DNA of 64,000 nt from assembly GCA_964291285.2 (NCBI GenBank), contig OZ219786.1, positions 672,001 to 736,000 on the forward strand, in the 5' to 3' direction. A program made the position numbers and the translations under genes. Each line of letters opens with the position of its first letter. The stretch's first letter is position 1. The notes below the pieces were generated by a model. The model did no database searches and was not told where the DNA came from. It saw only the letters and a program-made list of their open reading frames with translations. This DNA comes from Alphaproteobacteria bacterium (GTDB lineage: Bacteria > Pseudomonadota > Alphaproteobacteria > Bin95). This document shows, piece after piece, positions 60,478-64,000 of the stretch.

Positions 60478-60705
60478 CGGCGTCGATCCTTCCAATGACC
60501 GCGCACCTGTCAATTTCCTACAACAAAACTGTCCGAGACCAGGGGCCCACTCCACGCGAGAGGGCGCCGCCACTCCTCTCTTCTCCCGCCTGCAGGGGAA
60601 GCCGCGGACGGGGGAACGGGAGTGCATGCAATCCGCGTCCGGGGGTGGTAAACCGTCCGCCTCCGGTTTTCCTGCACACCCGATGCCCGTTTGAAGGACG
60701 ACGAC

Positions 60706-61581
60706 ATGACCAACGCCTCCGCCTACGAACCGCCGAAAGTCTGGACCTGGGAGCAAGAGAGCGGCGGCCGCTTCGCCTCGATCAACCGTCCCGTCGCCGG
60801 CGCCACGCACGAGCAGGAGCTGCCTCGCGGCAGGCATCCGCTGCAGCTTTACTCGCTGGCCACGCCCAACGGCGTGAAGGTGACGGTGATGCTGGAGGAG
60901 CTGCTGGCGGCCGGGCACAGCGGCGCGGAATACGACGCCTATGTCATCAGGATCGGCGACGGCGAGCAGTTCGGCTCCGGCTTCGTCGCCATCAACCCGA
61001 ATTCGAAAATCCCGGCGCTCGTGGACCATTCCACGCCCCAGCCGACGCGCGTGTTCGAATCCGGCGCGATCCTGCTTTATCTCGCGGAGAAGTTCGGCGC
61101 CTTCCTTCCCGAAGACCCCTCGGAGCGGGCTGAATGCCTCTCCTGGCTGTTCTGGCAGATGGGCTCCGCGCCCTATCTCGGCGGCGGCTTCGGGCACTTC
61201 TACGCCTATGCGCCGAGCAAGCAGCAATACCCGATCGACCGCTACACCATGGAGGTGAAGCGCCAGCTCGACGTGCTCGACAGGCAGCTCGCCGAAACGC
61301 GCTATGTGGCGGGCGGCGACTACACCATCGCCGACATGGCGATCTGGCCCTGGTACGGCGTGCTGACGACGGACGCGCTCTACGGTGCCGCCGAATTCCT
61401 CGCCGCGCAGGACTACCGGAATGTCGTGCGCTGGTACGACGAGATCGCGGCGCGCGATGCCGTCATCCGGGGGCGAAAGGTCAACCGGATCAGGGGGCCG
61501 CTCGAGGACCAGCTCCATGAGCGCCACGACGCCTCCGACTTCGAGCTGCGCACCCAGGACAAGCTGGAAGCGGTGGAATAG
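60706..61581 (+). CDS. yghU: Glutathione-dependent disulfide-bond oxidoreductase (GST Nu class)
   Basis: YEPPKVWTW, LYSLATPNGVKV, NPNSKIPAL and LHERHDASDF. Confidence 0.92.
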   Translation: MTNASAYEPPKVWTWEQESGGRFASINRPVAGATHEQELPRGRHPLQLYSLATPNGVKVTVMLEELLAAGHSGAEYDAYVIRIGDGEQFGSGFVAINPNSKIPALVDHSTPQPTRVFESGAILLYLAEKFGAFLPEDPSERAECLSWLFWQMGSAPYLGGGFGHFYAYAPSKQQYPIDRYTMEVKRQLDVLDRQLAETRYVAGGDYTIADMAIWPWYGVLTTDALYGAAEFLAAQDYRNVVRWYDEIAARDAVIRGRKVNRIRGPLEDQLHERHDASDFELRTQDKLEAVE

Positions 61582-61698
61582 GGGTGGGGCTTCCTGCTCC
61601 GTTCGGCGCGGGCGGCGGTTGCGCGGCCCGTCGTTTCGGGGCACGGTTCCGGGGTCCGGGGGGCGCCCCGCGCGTCCCCGCCGCAATGGGTCCTGGCC

Positions 61699-62898
61699 AT
61701 GCCTGAAGCCGTTCCGCCGCTTGCCGGCGTCAAGGTCGTCGATATCTCCAATTTCCTTGCCGGCCCCGTTTCGACGATGTTCCTGGCGGACTTCGGCGCC
61801 GAGGTCGTCAAGATCGAGCGCCCGGACACCGGCGACGAATTGCGCTTCTGGGGCAACGACAAGAACGGCGTCGGGCTGATGTTCAAGCTGGTGAACCGCA
61901 ACAAGCGTTCGGTCACCGCGGACCTGCGCACGCCGCTCGGCGTCGAGATCGTCAAGCGCCTCGCCGCGGACGCCGACATCGTGGTCGAGAACTACCGCAA
62001 GGGCACGCTGGAGCGCTGGGGGCTCGGCTACGAGGTGCTGAGCGAAATCAATCCGGGCCTCATCATGGTGCGCCTGACCGGCTTCGGCCAGACCGGCCCC
62101 AACAGCCACCGGCCGGGCTTCGGCACGCTGGCCGAGGGCTATTCGGGATATGCCTACATCACCGGATATGCCGACCGGCCGCCGCTGCTGCCCGGTTTCG
62201 GCCTGGCGGACGAGAGTTCGGGCCTGATGGGCGCTTTCCTCGCCATGGTGGCGCTCCAGGAGAAGCGCCGGTCCGGCAAGGGGCAGGTGGTGGACTTCGC
62301 CATCTACGAGCCGCTGTTCACCCTGCTCGGGCCGCAGGTGGTGGACTTCGACCAGCTCGGCATCGTGCAGGAGCGCAACGGCAGCCGCCTACCCTTCACC
62401 GCGCCGCGCAACACCTACCGGACGAAGGACGACAAGTGGGTGTCGATCTCCGGCAGCGCCCAGTCCACCTTCGAGCGCATGTGCGAGGCGCTGGAGGTGC
62501 CGGAGCTTGTCCATGACGAGCGCTTCCTCGACAACCGGCTCCGCATCCAGAACGCGCCGGCGCTCGACGAGGCGCTCCAGGCGGCGATGCTGCGGTTCGA
62601 CCGCGACGACCTGCTCGCGCTTTTCGACCGCTTCGACGCGGCGGCGGCGCCCTGCAACAGCATTGCGGAGATTTTCGAGGACCCGCACTACAAGGCGCGG
62701 GAGAACATCATCGCGGTCGAGGATGCGGAGCTCGGCGGGCCGATCCGGATGCAGAACGTGGTCGGCAAGTTTTCGCGCACACCGGGCGGGATCCGCCATG
62801 CCGGGCCGAAGCTCGGGGCCGACAACCGGGCCGTCCTCGTGGAACGGCTCGGTTTCGACGAAACGGAGTTGCGCGCAGCCGGCCTGCCGCTCGACTGA
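61699..62898 (+). CDS. Family III (CaiB/BaiF) CoA transferase
   Basis: LAGP..LADFGAEVVKIE, NRNKRS and GFGQTGP. Confidence 0.9.
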   Translation: MPEAVPPLAGVKVVDISNFLAGPVSTMFLADFGAEVVKIERPDTGDELRFWGNDKNGVGLMFKLVNRNKRSVTADLRTPLGVEIVKRLAADADIVVENYRKGTLERWGLGYEVLSEINPGLIMVRLTGFGQTGPNSHRPGFGTLAEGYSGYAYITGYADRPPLLPGFGLADESSGLMGAFLAMVALQEKRRSGKGQVVDFAIYEPLFTLLGPQVVDFDQLGIVQERNGSRLPFTAPRNTYRTKDDKWVSISGSAQSTFERMCEALEVPELVHDERFLDNRLRIQNAPALDEALQAAMLRFDRDDLLALFDRFDAAAAPCNSIAEIFEDPHYKARENIIAVEDAELGGPIRMQNVVGKFSRTPGGIRHAGPKLGADNRAVLVERLGFDETELRAAGLPLD

Positions 62899-62934
62899 GG
62901 CGGCGGCCGGAAGAGGCGCGACGGGAGGAAGGAC

Positions 62935-63846
62935 ATGCTGGCGCTGCCCGAACGGGTGACCGTGGTCGAGGTGGGTCCCCGCGACGGCCTGCAGTCGCTC
63001 GGCCGCTGGATCGAGACCGACGTCAAGGTCCGGATGATCGACCGGCTGACCGACGCCGGCTTTCCGGTCATCGAGATCACCAGCTTCGCCAGCCCGCGCT
63101 ACGTGCCGATGCTGACGGACGCCGAGGAGGTCGTCTCACGGGTGAAACGCCGCGAGGGCACCGTCTATCGCGCGCTGGTGCCGAACAAGCGCGGCGCGCT
63201 CCGCGCCGTCGAGACCGATATCGACGAGATACTCGGCCTCATGACGGTGAGCGGCACCTACATGGCGAAGAACCAGAACATGACGGTGGACGAGGCGATC
63301 CGGGCGGGCGGGGACTGCTTCCGCGTCGCGGACGAGGCCGGCCGGGCCTTCATCATGGCGCTCGGCATGTCGCTCTACTGCCCCTATGAAGGCGTCATTG
63401 CGCCGGAGCGCACGCTGGACTGCGTGGACCGGCTGCGCAAACTGGGCGTGCGGCGCTTCTATCTGGCCGGCAGCACCGGCATGGAGGAGCCGCGCCAGGT
63501 GGGCACGCTCTTCCGCATGGCGCTCGACCGCTTCCCGGACTGCGAGTTCGGCTTCCATGTCCACGAGAAGCGGGGCTGGGCGCAGGCGAATGTGATGGCG
63601 GCGCTGGATGCGGGCGTCGCGATGGTCGAGGGGTCGATCTGCGGCATCGGCGGCGGCATCGCCTTTCCCGGCGACTACGGCTCGGTCGGCAACCTGCCGA
63701 CGGAGGATATCGTGAGCTTCCTGAACGCCATGGGCGTCGATTGCGGCGTCGGCACGGGCGAGGCGGTGGAAGCCGCGCGGGATGTTGCGGGAATGACCGA
63801 AATCCCGCTTGCCAGCCGCGCGGGCAACATGCCGGAGCTGTCCTGA
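62935..63846 (+). CDS. HMG-CoA lyase-family (DRE-TIM) lyase
   Basis: EVGPRDGLQ, FHVH and GNLPTED. Confidence 0.85.
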   Translation: MLALPERVTVVEVGPRDGLQSLGRWIETDVKVRMIDRLTDAGFPVIEITSFASPRYVPMLTDAEEVVSRVKRREGTVYRALVPNKRGALRAVETDIDEILGLMTVSGTYMAKNQNMTVDEAIRAGGDCFRVADEAGRAFIMALGMSLYCPYEGVIAPERTLDCVDRLRKLGVRRFYLAGSTGMEEPRQVGTLFRMALDRFPDCEFGFHVHEKRGWAQANVMAALDAGVAMVEGSICGIGGGIAFPGDYGSVGNLPTEDIVSFLNAMGVDCGVGTGEAVEAARDVAGMTEIPLASRAGNMPELS

Positions 63847-63880
63847 CCGCCGGCCCCGCCGGGCGGTTGCGGTGGGCGGC

Positions 63881-64000
63881 ATGAGGGTGCTGATCTGCGG
63901 CGGTGGCGTCATCGGGACGTCACTTGCCTATTTCCTGAGCCTGCGCGGCGTCGAGGCGCTCGTTGTCGAGTGCGCGGGCGTCGCCAACGCCGCTTCCGGC
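63881..64000 (+). CDS. FAD-dependent oxidoreductase, N-terminal fragment (runs off the window)
   Basis: MRVLICGGGVIGTSLAYFL dinucleotide-binding motif. Confidence 0.75.
   Translation, partial: MRVLICGGGVIGTSLAYFLSLRGVEALVVECAGVANAASG

Larger units (their letters stand above)
59305..60554 (-). mobile_element. IS3-family insertion sequence (1250 bp)
   Basis: TG..CA ends with IR TGGAGTGGGCCCCT..TCGGACAGTTT. 3-bp CGC duplication at 59302-59304 and 60555-60557. Confidence 0.93.

Overview
High-GC bacterial chromosome segment. The gene set (lepA, rlmN-argG, IalB family, DUF2244, BrnT/BrnA relic) suggests an alphaproteobacterium, and the IS load and pseudogenes suggest a host-associated lifestyle (inference). 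1-16.5 kb is a mobile-element zone. It holds two inverted IS1634 copies around a repeat-flanked lipoprotein gene and two tandem SDRs, then a capsid-less protease-portal-HNH head module. A tandem pair of tyrosine integrases follows; the first is split by nested ISAs1, IS701 and IS5 elements whose ends and target duplications can be read in the sequence. 16.6-64 kb is mostly catabolic and housekeeping: hmfABCD-like furoate genes with a nonsense codon in hmfD, iorAB-like genes, 2OG oxygenases, CoA ligases/transferases including an Mct homologue, lepA, rlmN, argG, gloB and yghU, plus an IS1182/IS5-like transposase and an IS3 element. The most unusual signal is an intergenic element present three times (about 4.35-4.62, 38.8-39.37 and 58.56-59.30 kb). 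It consists of an AT-rich extended -10 promoter, a conserved 200-nt hairpin-rich core, a variable small ORF (in one copy a terminase-small-subunit-like protein) and CATGACA repeats at 10-bp spacing. No tRNA, rRNA or CRISPR array was seen. All protein calls come from motif recognition by eye, not database searches.
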